A DNA stretch of 51,066 nucleotides from Parcubacteria group bacterium GW2011_GWD2_38_11 (lineage in GTDB: Bacteria; Patescibacteriota; Minisyncoccia; Moranbacterales; GWC2-37-73), in assembly GCA_000992325.1 (NCBI GenBank), contig LBTZ01000022.1:1-51066 (forward strand). The letters run 5' to 3'. A model generated the notes under the pieces. That model did not search any database and was not told where the DNA came from. It saw only the letters and a list, made by a program, of their open reading frames with translations. Shown here piece after piece: positions 10,730 to 20,015 of this stretch; the first letter of the stretch is position 1; the number at the start of each line of letters is the position of its first letter. Made by a program: the position numbers and the translations under genes.

Positions 10730-11242
10730 ATGAAGAAAAAAATTATTTATTTTCTGCTCTTATTTTGCGCAATTGTTTTGCAGACAAGTGTGCTACCTTT
10801 GATATCTCCCGTATATGTAACTGGAGATATATTGCTGATGCTAATCTTGGTAGGGTCTGTGTTGGATGGCTTCTTTGCATTTTTTTGGTGGGCAATTTTT
10901 GCCGGAATTATTTATGATCTCGCTAGTTATATGGCTGTTGGCGTTCATGCTCTTATTTTCCTTTTGGTTGTTTATTTCGTGAGTTTTTTTTCTAGACGTT
11001 TTTCTGTTGAGATCAGGGGTGTGGGTTTGGCGTTGTTTATGTTTTTTGTCGTTGTTGCAACCCTGGTTTCTCGAGGAATTATAGCCTTGTCGATTGCCTG
11101 GGATTTGCAAACACTCGATGGATATTTTAGAGAATTTGGCAGTTTGAAAATTATTGGTGTTCAAATTTTGTTTAATATATTTTTATTTTTCTTTTGCTTT
11201 TTTCTGCTTAAAAAAGTGAAAAAGTTTTTTGCAATTGAATAA
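10730..11242 (+). CDS. mreD: rod shape-determining protein MreD
   Basis: polytopic membrane protein between mreC and PBP2. Confidence 0.75.
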   Translation: MKKKIIYFLLLFCAIVLQTSVLPLISPVYVTGDILLMLILVGSVLDGFFAFFWWAIFAGIIYDLASYMAVGVHALIFLLVVYFVSFFSRRFSVEIRGVGLALFMFFVVVATLVSRGIIALSIAWDLQTLDGYFREFGSLKIIGVQILFNIFLFFFCFFLLKKVKKFFAIE

Positions 11243-11247
11243 AAATT

Positions 11248-13134
11248 ATGTTCAGGAAAAGACAAAAAATACCAAAAAAATTCTCAGGAATGGAAATTGA
11301 AGACTATGTCCTTACTGCGACAGAAAAAGAAGCTTCAAGAATGGAAAGGCCGCTTGAAAAAAAATGGTTTGATTTTTTGTGGTGGTTTATTGTGGCATTC
11401 ATTGTGATTTTGGGAATGAGGGTGTTTTTTTTAATTGTTATACGTGGTGCATATTATCAGGATGTTTCCAAGGGAAATAGTGTTAGATCGATTGTGATCA
11501 AGGCTCCGCGTGGGAGAATTTTTGATCGCGCTGGTGTGCCGCTGGTAAATAATGTGCCAAGTATTGATGCGGTGATAATCCCGGCAGATATTCCCAGGGA
11601 CAGTGTGAAAACCAAGGAAATGGCTGAGGATGTTTCAAAAATTTTAAATCTCAATATTGAAGAAGTGTGGAGTGCACTTGAGAGCAATACTGCTTCAAAA
11701 TCACTCAATCCTGTTTTATTGAAGGAGCATATTGAGCATAATCAAGCGCTGGCACTTCTCGAAAAGAGTAACGATCTTCCTGGTATTGGTATTGAAAAAA
11801 CCGCAATCAGGGATTATACAGATGGTCCAATATTTTCTCATATTCTTGGCTATGAAGGAAAAATTGAAAAAAAAGAACTTGATCAAAATCAAGGTTATTT
11901 GCTTACTGATTATATTGGAAAGCAGGGAATTGAGAAATCTTATGAAAAATATTTGCGAGGAGTTCATGGCGCCGATCAAGCAGAAGTTGATTCGATGGGT
12001 AACACTAAACGGGAGGTTGGTATTATAAACCCAAAGCCCGGTAGTGATTTGATTATGAGTATAGACGCAGGACTTCAGAAAAAAATTTACGATAGCATTA
12101 ATGGAATTTTGGAAAAAACAGGAACAAAGACTGCAGCTGCCGTGGCTATTGATCCACAAACCGGCCAAGTGTTGGCAATGGTTAATGTGCCAAGTTTTGA
12201 TAATAATTTATTTGCCAACAAAATTTCTGGTAATCAATACGCAAGCTTGATAAATGATCCCAATAATCCACTTTTCGACAGGGCAATTTCTGGAGAATAT
12301 CCGCCAGGCTCAACAATTAAACCTGCTATTGCCTCCGCAGCACTTTCCGAGGGTATCATTGATCCAAACACTGTTATTGATGGGCTTGGCGGAATGTTGC
12401 GAATAGGTAGTTATACTTTTGGAGATTGGAAAACTCATGGACCGAGTGATGTGCGCACAGCAATAGCGGAAAGTAATGACATATTTTTTTACACTATTGG
12501 TGGTGGCTATGGAAACATAGGGGGACTTGGAATGAGTCGAATGAAAAAATGGTATAACTTGTTTGGATTTGGTGAGCTTTCCGGCATTGATATAGGAGGA
12601 GAGGCGACTGGGCTTATTCCAGATGAGAAATGGAAATTGGATACAATAAAGGAAAAATGGTCAGTTGGAAATAGCTATCATGCAGCAATTGGTCAAGGAT
12701 TCGTGACGGCAACTCCACTTCAGGTTGCAAATTATACGGCGGCAGTTGCCAACGGTGGAACGTTGTATAAACCTTATCTTGTTTCTCAAATAAAAAAAAG
12801 CAGTGGGGAGGATATTATTATTGAACCCGAGGTAATTCGCTCAAATTTTGTTTCTTCTGATGTTTTGAATGTTGTGCGCGAAGGAATGAGGCAAACCGTC
12901 TTGGCTGGGACAGCGCAAACACTTAAAGATATGCCAGTGGAAATTGCTGGAAAAACCGGTACGGCTGAATTTGGTAGTGAAGACAAAACTCACGCTTGGT
13001 TTATTTCTTTTGCTCCTTATAATAATCCTGAAATTGCTATGGCTGTTTTGGTGGAGGGTGGTGGAGAAGGTCATTCTAGTGCATTGCCTGTTACTAAAGA
13101 AGTCTATCAATGGTATTTTGGAGGCAGGCAATAG
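11248..13134 (+). CDS. mrdA: penicillin-binding protein 2
   Basis: APRGRIFDR, STIK (SxxK), SND (SxN variant), KTGT. Confidence 0.93.
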   Translation: MFRKRQKIPKKFSGMEIEDYVLTATEKEASRMERPLEKKWFDFLWWFIVAFIVILGMRVFFLIVIRGAYYQDVSKGNSVRSIVIKAPRGRIFDRAGVPLVNNVPSIDAVIIPADIPRDSVKTKEMAEDVSKILNLNIEEVWSALESNTASKSLNPVLLKEHIEHNQALALLEKSNDLPGIGIEKTAIRDYTDGPIFSHILGYEGKIEKKELDQNQGYLLTDYIGKQGIEKSYEKYLRGVHGADQAEVDSMGNTKREVGIINPKPGSDLIMSIDAGLQKKIYDSINGILEKTGTKTAAAVAIDPQTGQVLAMVNVPSFDNNLFANKISGNQYASLINDPNNPLFDRAISGEYPPGSTIKPAIASAALSEGIIDPNTVIDGLGGMLRIGSYTFGDWKTHGPSDVRTAIAESNDIFFYTIGGGYGNIGGLGMSRMKKWYNLFGFGELSGIDIGGEATGLIPDEKWKLDTIKEKWSVGNSYHAAIGQGFVTATPLQVANYTAAVANGGTLYKPYLVSQIKKSSGEDIIIEPEVIRSNFVSSDVLNVVREGMRQTVLAGTAQTLKDMPVEIAGKTGTAEFGSEDKTHAWFISFAPYNNPEIAMAVLVEGGGEGHSSALPVTKEVYQWYFGGRQ

Positions 13135-13139
13135 GCTTG

Positions 13140-13227
13140 ACCCCGCACTAACTTTTCACAAACGCAAAGCGCCAATTTATAAAATAAAAAATCTATTTAA
13201 GTTAAAAGTGAAAAGTTAGTGCGGGGT
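13140..13227. repeat. 20-bp perfect inverted repeat around an AT-rich spacer
   Basis: ACCCCGCACTAACTTTTCAC ... GTGAAAAGTTAGTGCGGGGT. Confidence 0.85.
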
Positions 13228-13255
13228 TGACAAAATGGCTTAAAATAGCTATACT
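13227..13255 (+). promoter_or_regulatory. sigma70-type promoter of rnpB
   Basis: TTGACA-17 nt-TATACT. Confidence 0.7.
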
Positions 13256-13295
13256 GTATCGGTTATGGTATAATCATAATATAGATCTTTGAGAG

Positions 13296-13782
13296 TATAA
13301 TTTATCAAGTCAGTCAGGCAATCGCCCCGATTTATTGGGGAGGAAAGTCCGGACATTTCCTATGTAAATAGGAGCAAAGTAGCGGGTAACTCCCGTCCGT
13401 AGTGATGCGCGAGGTGCGAGCAGAGACGCCTTGATTTGAAAAAATCGGGCACCCTTCGGGGTGAGTCTTGATGGAAACATCAAGAGTGAAACGGCTAAAT
13501 CCTTACTTAAATGCAAGACCGTACTCCGATGCAAAGCATCGGGAATATCTAATTTCTAATATCTAATTTCTAATAAATTTCTAATATTTAATTTCAAATG
13601 TCTAAAATTTTTATTCATTGGTTATTAAAAAATTGGGATTTTATTGGAAATTGGAAATTGGTTATTGGTAATTCTGACGCTTTGCGTCGGTTTGTGTCGC
13701 TCGATCCCAATGGCAACATTGGGATAAGATAAATGATTGTCCCAGACAGAATCCGGCTTATCGGTTGGCTTGATAAATTATA
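13296..13782 (+). ncRNA. rnpB: RNase P RNA (type A-like) with ~165-nt insertion
   Basis: GAGGAAAGTCCGG, GTGAAACGG, P18 hairpin with GCAA loop, ACAGAATCCGGCTTA; ends pair as P1. Confidence 0.95.
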
Positions 13783-13819
13783 AGCTTAAAGACTTTGCAA
13801 TTATTATTTTTGTAAAAAA

Positions 13820-15253
13820 ATGAAAAAACGCAGCGAATTATTTTTTAGTGCAATTCAGGTTCCAATGGATGCTGCTATGTTATTGTTGGCAGCACTGAGT
13901 GCATTTGCGATCAGAAATATTCCAGAGATTATAGCGCTTAAGCCAAAGCTGTATAATTTTCCACTGGATAGTTATTTGAATATTATTTTAACAATAATTC
14001 CTTTGGCACTCCTTATTTACGCTGTGGAGGGATTGTATAATATTAAAGTTACTAGAAAGTTTTGGTATGAGGCAATGAAAGTTTTTTCAGCCACTTCTAT
14101 TGTACTTGTTGTTATTATTGTCACAATATTTCTTAAGCGAGAATGGTTTTCATCTCGCTTTATAATTCTTGCTGGTTGGATTCTAACTGTTGTATATGTG
14201 ACAATGGGCAGATATATCTTGCAAAAGATTCAAAGATATCTCTTGGAAACTAGGGGTATGGGTGTTCATAGACTTCTTTTGATCGGCAGAAACGGTAAAA
14301 TGGATCAAATTTTAAAATTAATCAAACACAATGCATCCCTGGGATATAAAATTGTAGGGCATATTGAAACGGGAAGCATTAGAGCTATTCGTGAGATAAA
14401 AGCTGAAAAAGGTGTTGATGAGATTATTGTTTGCGATGCGTTGCTTACAGATGAAGAACAAGAAAAATTGATTGACTACTGTGCAATCAATAATGTTTCA
14501 TATAAATTTATTCCAACGAAATTGCAGACTGCAAAGTTTGAAGCAGGAATTTTTAATGGCGAACCTATTATTGAAATCAAGCATACCCCTCTTGAAGGTT
14601 GGGGAAAAATATTAAAACGTACTTTTGATATAATCAGTTCAAGTATTTTAATTCTAATCCTTTCTCCGCTGATGCTGCTGGTTTCATTGCTTATAAAATT
14701 TGAATCACTTTTTGAAAACAGAAAAGGTGCACCTATTATTTATAAAAATGAACGCATTGGAAGCGATGGAAAGAAATTCAACGTGTTTAAGTTTCGATAT
14801 ATGAAATGGGAGTTTTGCACGGATCCTAATACAAAAGAAGGAAAGAAGGCGTTGGAATATGAAAAGGAATTAATTGAAAAATTGAGCATTAAAAAAGGTC
14901 CTCTTTATAAAATTAAAAATGATCCTCGCAAAACAAGGGTGGGTGCATTTATTGAAAGATATTCTATTGATGAACTGCCGCAATTTTTCAATGTACTGTT
15001 TGGGGATATGAGTTTGGTTGGTCCTCGTCCACATCAGGAAAGGGAAGTTGAAAAATATAATGAATATCACAGGCGTTTGCTCACCATCAAGCCGGGAGTA
15101 ACGGGGATGGCGCAGGTTTCCGGCCGCTCTGATCTTGAGTTTGAAGATGAATATAAATTGGACGTGTTTTATATTGAAAATTGGTCACTTTGGCAGGATA
15201 TCCAAATTTGCCTTAAGACAGCCTTAGTTTTGTTTAAAAAAAGGAAGAATTGA
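13820..15253 (+). CDS. polyprenyl glycosylphosphotransferase (WcaJ/CpsE-type sugar transferase)
   Basis: [38 protein letters not shown]. Confidence 0.92.
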   Translation: MKKRSELFFSAIQVPMDAAMLLLAALSAFAIRNIPEIIALKPKLYNFPLDSYLNIILTIIPLALLIYAVEGLYNIKVTRKFWYEAMKVFSATSIVLVVIIVTIFLKREWFSSRFIILAGWILTVVYVTMGRYILQKIQRYLLETRGMGVHRLLLIGRNGKMDQILKLIKHNASLGYKIVGHIETGSIRAIREIKAEKGVDEIIVCDALLTDEEQEKLIDYCAINNVSYKFIPTKLQTAKFEAGIFNGEPIIEIKHTPLEGWGKILKRTFDIISSSILILILSPLMLLVSLLIKFESLFENRKGAPIIYKNERIGSDGKKFNVFKFRYMKWEFCTDPNTKEGKKALEYEKELIEKLSIKKGPLYKIKNDPRKTRVGAFIERYSIDELPQFFNVLFGDMSLVGPRPHQEREVEKYNEYHRRLLTIKPGVTGMAQVSGRSDLEFEDEYKLDVFYIENWSLWQDIQICLKTALVLFKKRKN

Positions 15254-15278
15254 CAAAAACTGTAAAATAGACTATAAT
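15250..15278 (+). promoter_or_regulatory. sigma70-type promoter of the KH-domain gene
   Basis: TTGACA-17 nt-TATAAT. Confidence 0.75.
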
Positions 15279-15369
15279 TAGAGGTAGAGAGGATTAAAAG
15301 GAGAATGGTTTGGTCGACTGTTTTTCGCAATCTTTCTCGGTATTAACCAGTAATTAATGAAACACAATT

Positions 15370-15709
15370 ATGACAGAAGTAAGACCCACAGACCAGGAAT
15401 TTTTAGAGTTTGCTGTAAAAGCGCTCGTTGATAACCCTGGAGATGTAAAGGTTGAAAGAAAAATTGATGAAATGGGAGTTCTCATTACGTTGGATGTAAA
15501 TCCTGCAGATATGGGAATGGTAATCGGCCGAGAAGGTCAGACCGCAAAAGCCCTTCGTACAATTTTGAGAGTTATTGGTGCTTAAGATCAACGAACCAGA
15601 AGGTTCTCTTCGCGGAGAGCGAACACCTAGACCAGAGGCTGCGCCAGTTGCGCCAGCTCCAGAAGTGAAAAAGAGTATTGATGACGTTCTTGGAGATATG
15701 AACATCTAA
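15370..15709 (+). pseudogene. khpA: KH-domain RNA-binding protein KhpA, frame broken at ~15581
   Basis: DMGMVIGREG KH motif; stops at 15585 but the +1 frame continues LKINEPEGS...DMNI* to 15709. Confidence 0.75.
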
Positions 15710-15732
15710 TAGACTTTCAAATCTATATATAA

Positions 15733-15763
15733 TAAAAACCTCGATGAAAGTCGAGGTTTTTAT
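15733..15763 (+). terminator. intrinsic terminator after khpA
   Basis: AAAAACCTCGA-TGAAAG-TCGAGGTTTTT. Confidence 0.75.
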
Positions 15764-15775
15764 ATTGCAAAAATT

Positions 15776-16061
15776 GTCATTCCGGACTTGATCCGGAATC
15801 TAGCATTTCACACGAGACTCTTTTCCACATTTCTTTTTCCGCAAAAGAAACCTGGAGGTTTGAAAGTCACCCAAAGGGTGATCAGCCTCTGGCTGAAAAT
15901 ACTGTGGCAAACTCATTTTGTCATTCCCGTGAAAACGGGAATCCAGGCCCGCATTTTGAACCTGGATCCCCAGTCAAGCTGAGGACGACACTGCTGTGTC
16001 GATTTCTTAACGCTTATCACTCGTTTTTTACCCACGTACTTCATATGGTGCAAAGGAATGC
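15776..16061. repeat. composite repeat copy 1: half dRS3-like palindrome plus ~240-nt element containing a full dRS3/RPE-like pair (15920-15989)
   Basis: GTCATTCC-n-GGAATC units; 37-nt block 15822-15858 identical to 26086-26122; 3' block 16007-16061 similar to 26230-26285. Confidence 0.8.
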
Positions 16062-16082
16062 GGGATGCAAATACATTAGATA

Positions 16083-17516
16083 TTACTCTAGATAAGTGTG
16101 TATTGATGAAATTAAATAGAGCGAACCGGTTATGACGACTGGTTTTTTTGATGCGCGAATAGGCTTGATAATTTCAGATTTTTTGTTTCCGATGATTGAA
16201 AACTTTTTGAATTTTTGGGATTTGAAAAACGCTGAAATTTCTTGATTGTCGATAGAATTCCAGTGATTATCCATTCCTGAAGTGGAAAATTGTGTGAGCA
16301 GGATTTTGTCTGCTAGTGGGATGATATATTTTAGCATTACTTTGAAATCCTTGCCTTTCTTAAAAGCGACAACGAAAGTGAATTTTTGTGAGGGATAAAT
16401 TTTGGCAAGATTGCTGGTAAGAGCTTTCATTTTTTGCGGATTGTGCGCACCGTCGATGATCAATGCTTTGTCATTAATTTTGCGAATTTCTAATCTCCCA
16501 GTGACAGTGATATTTTCGAGCGCATTGCGCAAAGATTTTTCATTGACATCAAATTTGTCACGCGCTGATAATATTGAAAGGCAAGCGAGTGCGAGTGAAC
16601 AGTTTTCAGCTTGATGAATTCCAATCAAGCCTAAATGGATATTTTTTAAAGATAGTTTTTTTTCTTTGTCATTCCGGGCTTGACCCGGAATCCAGCCGGA
16701 CTTTATAGTTATATTGCTAACCGATGATTTTAATAAAGGCCGGATTCCCGTTTTCACGGGAATGACACAATGAAAATTAAAAACAGTTTCATTAGCGGTT
16801 GACGAAATGATGGAATAATTTTTCTTATTTAAAATGTTCAACTCCGCATTTTTTTTCTCGCACCTCGTCTTTATTGTATTGATGACTGATGACTGATGAC
16901 TGATGACTGAATTCCTAGTTCCTATAATTCCAGCTTTTTCAGAAGCGATCTTGGAAATAGTGTTTCCGAGAATTTGAGTGTGATCCAATCCTAGTTTTGT
17001 GATGATGCAAATTTTGTTTTTACTGGTGACTGTGTTGGTCGCATCCAGTGTTCCGCCAAGCCCTGTTTCCATCACAGCGTAGCCCAGTTTTTCTTTGGCG
17101 AACATAAAAAAAGCGAGAGCAACATTTATTTCAAAAAAAGTTGGCATACCATATTTACATTTTTCCATTTTTAAAATAATTGGCAAAATTTGGTTGAAAT
17201 ATTTAAGAACCAGTTTTTCATTTGCCAACTGATTGTTGATTTGCATTCTTTCGCGGATATCAAAAACGTGAGGAGAAATAGAGAGTCCCACAGAAAATCC
17301 TTGGCTTTGCAATATGTGGCTAATAAGGTGTGCAGTCGAGCCTTTGCCAGAAGTCCCAGCTATGTGGATAACTCTGATTTTGTTTTGAGGATTTTTGAGT
17401 AATTTCATGAAATATTTAGCTCTTCTTAAACCAATATCTCCCATAAACAAAGCCTCCCTCGTTGGAATACGGGTTTGTATGAAGGCTTCAAATTGTGCCA
17501 ATGTTGTAATTTTCAT
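16083..17516 (-). CDS. folC: folylpolyglutamate synthase / dihydrofolate synthase
   Basis: IHIAGTSGKGST, SPH....ER, ETGLGGTLDATN, IASEKAGI, IDGAHN, ITGSLY. Confidence 0.93.
   Translation of the reverse strand: MKITTLAQFEAFIQTRIPTREALFMGDIGLRRAKYFMKLLKNPQNKIRVIHIAGTSGKGSTAHLISHILQSQGFSVGLSISPHVFDIRERMQINNQLANEKLVLKYFNQILPIILKMEKCKYGMPTFFEINVALAFFMFAKEKLGYAVMETGLGGTLDATNTVTSKNKICIITKLGLDHTQILGNTISKIASEKAGIIGTRNSVISHQSSVINTIKTRCEKKNAELNILNKKNYSIISSTANETVFNFHCVIPVKTGIRPLLKSSVSNITIKSGWIPGQARNDKEKKLSLKNIHLGLIGIHQAENCSLALACLSILSARDKFDVNEKSLRNALENITVTGRLEIRKINDKALIIDGAHNPQKMKALTSNLAKIYPSQKFTFVVAFKKGKDFKVMLKYIIPLADKILLTQFSTSGMDNHWNSIDNQEISAFFKSQKFKKFSIIGNKKSEIIKPIRASKKPVVITGSLYLISSIHTYLE
16668..16766. 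repeat. dRS3/RPE-like palindromic element inserted in frame in folC
   Basis: GTCATTCCGGGCTTGACCCGGAATCC ... GGATTCCCGTTTTCACGGGAATGAC, 99 nt. Confidence 0.88.
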
Positions 17517-17699
17517 GTCCTGCTATCATAACGGTTCATTCATAAAAAGACAAATTTTAAATGTCGATGGAGTAAATTTTTTAAAAATATTTTCCAGCAA
17601 ATACTATCATGCTCGATAGTGTGATAGTATTTGCCAATCATTACAAACGTCTTTGTGTATTGACTTATTTTGTTTTTGGTGTTAGTTTGGTTTCAATCG

Positions 17700-17860
17700 A
17701 AGGAAGGCTTGTTGATACGGTGTTTTGCGCGAATATCGTTCAGCATTAACCTGTCCTTTTGTTTTGCTCTAGGGTGGACCCCGCCATGTAACCCGAAACC
17801 CTGGAGCGAACCGAATGGGTGCGTGAGGGAGTCGCATTTTGTGCGACCATGGCGGGAATT
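17700..17860 (+). ncRNA. candidate structured cis-regulatory RNA with pseudoknot
   Basis: GC-rich island; 17764-17775 pairs 17798-17809; 17780-17788 pairs 17848-17856 (crossing); hairpin 17831-17847. Confidence 0.55.
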
Positions 17861-17896
17861 CTTTAAAAATCCAAAAAATTGGAGAAAGGAGGCATC

Positions 17897-18982
17897 ATGT
17901 CTGATGACAATCGGTATCCTGAATATGTGCAGATTGAATTTGAAAAATATTTCAAGCGTTTACAGGAAGAAATTGATTGGTCAATGGTGCTTCCGAAATT
18001 TTTTCGAAAAGATCAATTGAAAAAAGTTCAAGGCGCTGCCTATGCATGTTGTCCGTTTCACAAAGAAAGAACGGCCTCAATGCGCTTTCACTTTGCTTAT
18101 CAAATTTTTCATTGCTTTGGATGCGGTGCTGCAGGAAGTCCATTTATTTTTATTGCAAAGATAAAAGGAGGATCTCTTGAAGCAATGCTATTTATTAAAA
18201 AGCACTTTCGGATTCCTTTGCCATTTTCCAGAAAACAATGGCGAGCAATAAAAACAGAAATGGCGATGAAAGAAACTTTAGGATTGAATTCCGATTTTCA
18301 AGTAATTGCTCTTGATGAATGGGAAGAATCCTATATGCTCGAGCATGAGGAAAGGGAAGAAATTGAAACTCGGAAATTTAATTTTGAGTTGTCTTGTGTT
18401 GATCCAACGGAAGCCTTTTTTGATTCGAGAGATGATTATTTTTTTCATCCCACTACTCAAATAAAGGAAATAAAAAAAGTTAATATTCAAAAAAAAGAAG
18501 AACAAGCCTTATTAGATGTGAGTGGGTTATGTTTGAAAAAACTTATAATCATAAGACATGGCATGTATGGTTTTGATGATCGCTTGAACGAACGGGGTCG
18601 TCAACAGATGGAAGAGTTATCAAAAAAAATAAATCCACTTTTGGAAGGTGAAGGTACGCTATTGATTTCTTCAACTGCACCTAGGGCATTAGACAGCGCG
18701 GATGTACTTGAAGAAAAGTTGTTTTTTGAACTGCGCGAAGATCTTGAGTTATTTTGGTCTGACAATAGTCATAATTGGGATATTGCAGCTGCCACAGAAT
18801 TTATTCTTGAAAAAGGAAAAGATTATGAGGTGGTGGTTATCGTATCTCATCTGGAGTATTGCGAATATCTCCCATGGCGTTTTATGAAAAAGGTTTTTGG
18901 TGTAGATTTCCAAGGTTTTTCCATGAATAAGGGTGATGCTTGTCTGTGCGACCTAAAAGAAGAAACATTGATAAAACTGTAA
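17897..18982 (+). CDS. CHC2 (DnaG-type) zinc finger fused to SixA-like histidine phosphatase domain
   Basis: CPFHKERTAS...FHCFGCG; IIRHG, SSTAPRALDS, VSH; SD AAAGGAGG before ATG 17897. Confidence 0.75.
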   Translation: MSDDNRYPEYVQIEFEKYFKRLQEEIDWSMVLPKFFRKDQLKKVQGAAYACCPFHKERTASMRFHFAYQIFHCFGCGAAGSPFIFIAKIKGGSLEAMLFIKKHFRIPLPFSRKQWRAIKTEMAMKETLGLNSDFQVIALDEWEESYMLEHEEREEIETRKFNFELSCVDPTEAFFDSRDDYFFHPTTQIKEIKKVNIQKKEEQALLDVSGLCLKKLIIIRHGMYGFDDRLNERGRQQMEELSKKINPLLEGEGTLLISSTAPRALDSADVLEEKLFFELREDLELFWSDNSHNWDIAAATEFILEKGKDYEVVVIVSHLEYCEYLPWRFMKKVFGVDFQGFSMNKGDACLCDLKEETLIKL

Positions 18983-18988
18983 AATTTG

Positions 18989-19020
18989 GCAGTCCTTGCA
19001 TCGCAAGGACTGCTTTTTTC
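18989..19020 (+). terminator. intrinsic terminator
   Basis: GCAGTCCTTGC-ATC-GCAAGGACTGC followed by T tract. Confidence 0.85.
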
Positions 19021-19173
19021 TTTTATTTTAGCCCTTTTTTATTTTAAAAAACCGTGGTAAAATGATAATAGTTATAAGATTGAGAAAGTTGCAAGTTATA
19101 AAGCAAGAGCTTGTGATTTTTGTGTTCCTAACTTTATAAACCTTAAGAACCTTACAACTTTACAAACTTTTAT

Positions 19174-19833
19174 ATGCGATTTGATATAATTACAATTTTT
19201 CCGAAGATTTTTGATAGCTATTTTGGCGAGTCAATTATTAAGCGTGCTAAGGAAAAGGATGCTGTTGAAATTAATGTGCATAATTTGCGAGATTATTCAA
19301 CCAACAAACATCATAATGTTGATGACACACCATATGGTGGTGGCGCTGGAATGGTGATGCAAGTCGAGCCAATTTATCGAGCAGTGGCTGACATTCAGAA
19401 AGCCAATTTGAAAACCAGAACAATTTTGTTTTCTGCTAAGGGAAAGAGATACAAACAAAAAGATGCAAAAAGATTGTCCCAATATGACCAGCTTATTTTT
19501 GTTTGTGGAAGATATGAAGGTGTTGATGAAAGAGTGGCACAGTTTGTCGTTGATGAGGAAATTTCCATTGGAGACTTTGTGCTGACTGGCGGCGAAATTC
19601 CGGCAATGTTGGTGGTGGACTCTGTCACGAGATTGCTGCCAGGAGTTTTGGGTAATGATCAAAGCGCAGTTGAGGAATCGCACAGCGAAGAAGGCTATTT
19701 GGAATTTCCACAATATACTAAACCGGAAAAATTTTTAAAGTGGGAGGTGCCTAGCGTGCTGCTTAGTGGAAATCACAAGGAAATTGAAAGATGGCGAAAG
19801 GGAAACTCAAAGAATTTGAAATTTAAAATTTGA
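19174..19833 (+). CDS. trmD: tRNA (guanine-N1)-methyltransferase
   Basis: [33 protein letters not shown]. Confidence 0.96.
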   Translation: MRFDIITIFPKIFDSYFGESIIKRAKEKDAVEINVHNLRDYSTNKHHNVDDTPYGGGAGMVMQVEPIYRAVADIQKANLKTRTILFSAKGKRYKQKDAKRLSQYDQLIFVCGRYEGVDERVAQFVVDEEISIGDFVLTGGEIPAMLVVDSVTRLLPGVLGNDQSAVEESHSEEGYLEFPQYTKPEKFLKWEVPSVLLSGNHKEIERWRKGNSKNLKFKI

Positions 19834-20015
19834 AATTCGAAATCAATTTTTAATAAATAAATTTTCAATGTTTTTAAAATTAAGACATTGGAATATTAGT
19901 ATTTGATTAAAAATTTCAAATTAAAAATTAAAAATTTGATAGTCAAAATAAAAAGGTAAAACTTTATTATTTAGAGATGTTGAAATAAGTAGAATATTAT
20001 ATAGAAGCGACCAAT

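Noticed and set aside
13310-13534. 74-aa minus-strand ORF
   Set aside because: Antisense shadow of rnpB.
15788-16095. Short ORFs at 15788 and 15904, and the similar ORF at 26083-26319
   Set aside because: Translations of the composite repeat; no SD or protein-like features, and similarity is explained by the DNA repeat.
17764-17856. Canonical HDV-like or hammerhead ribozyme
   Set aside because: No P3/L3 or J4/2 catalytic C; no CUGANGA/GAAA core. Kept only as an unassigned pseudoknot.
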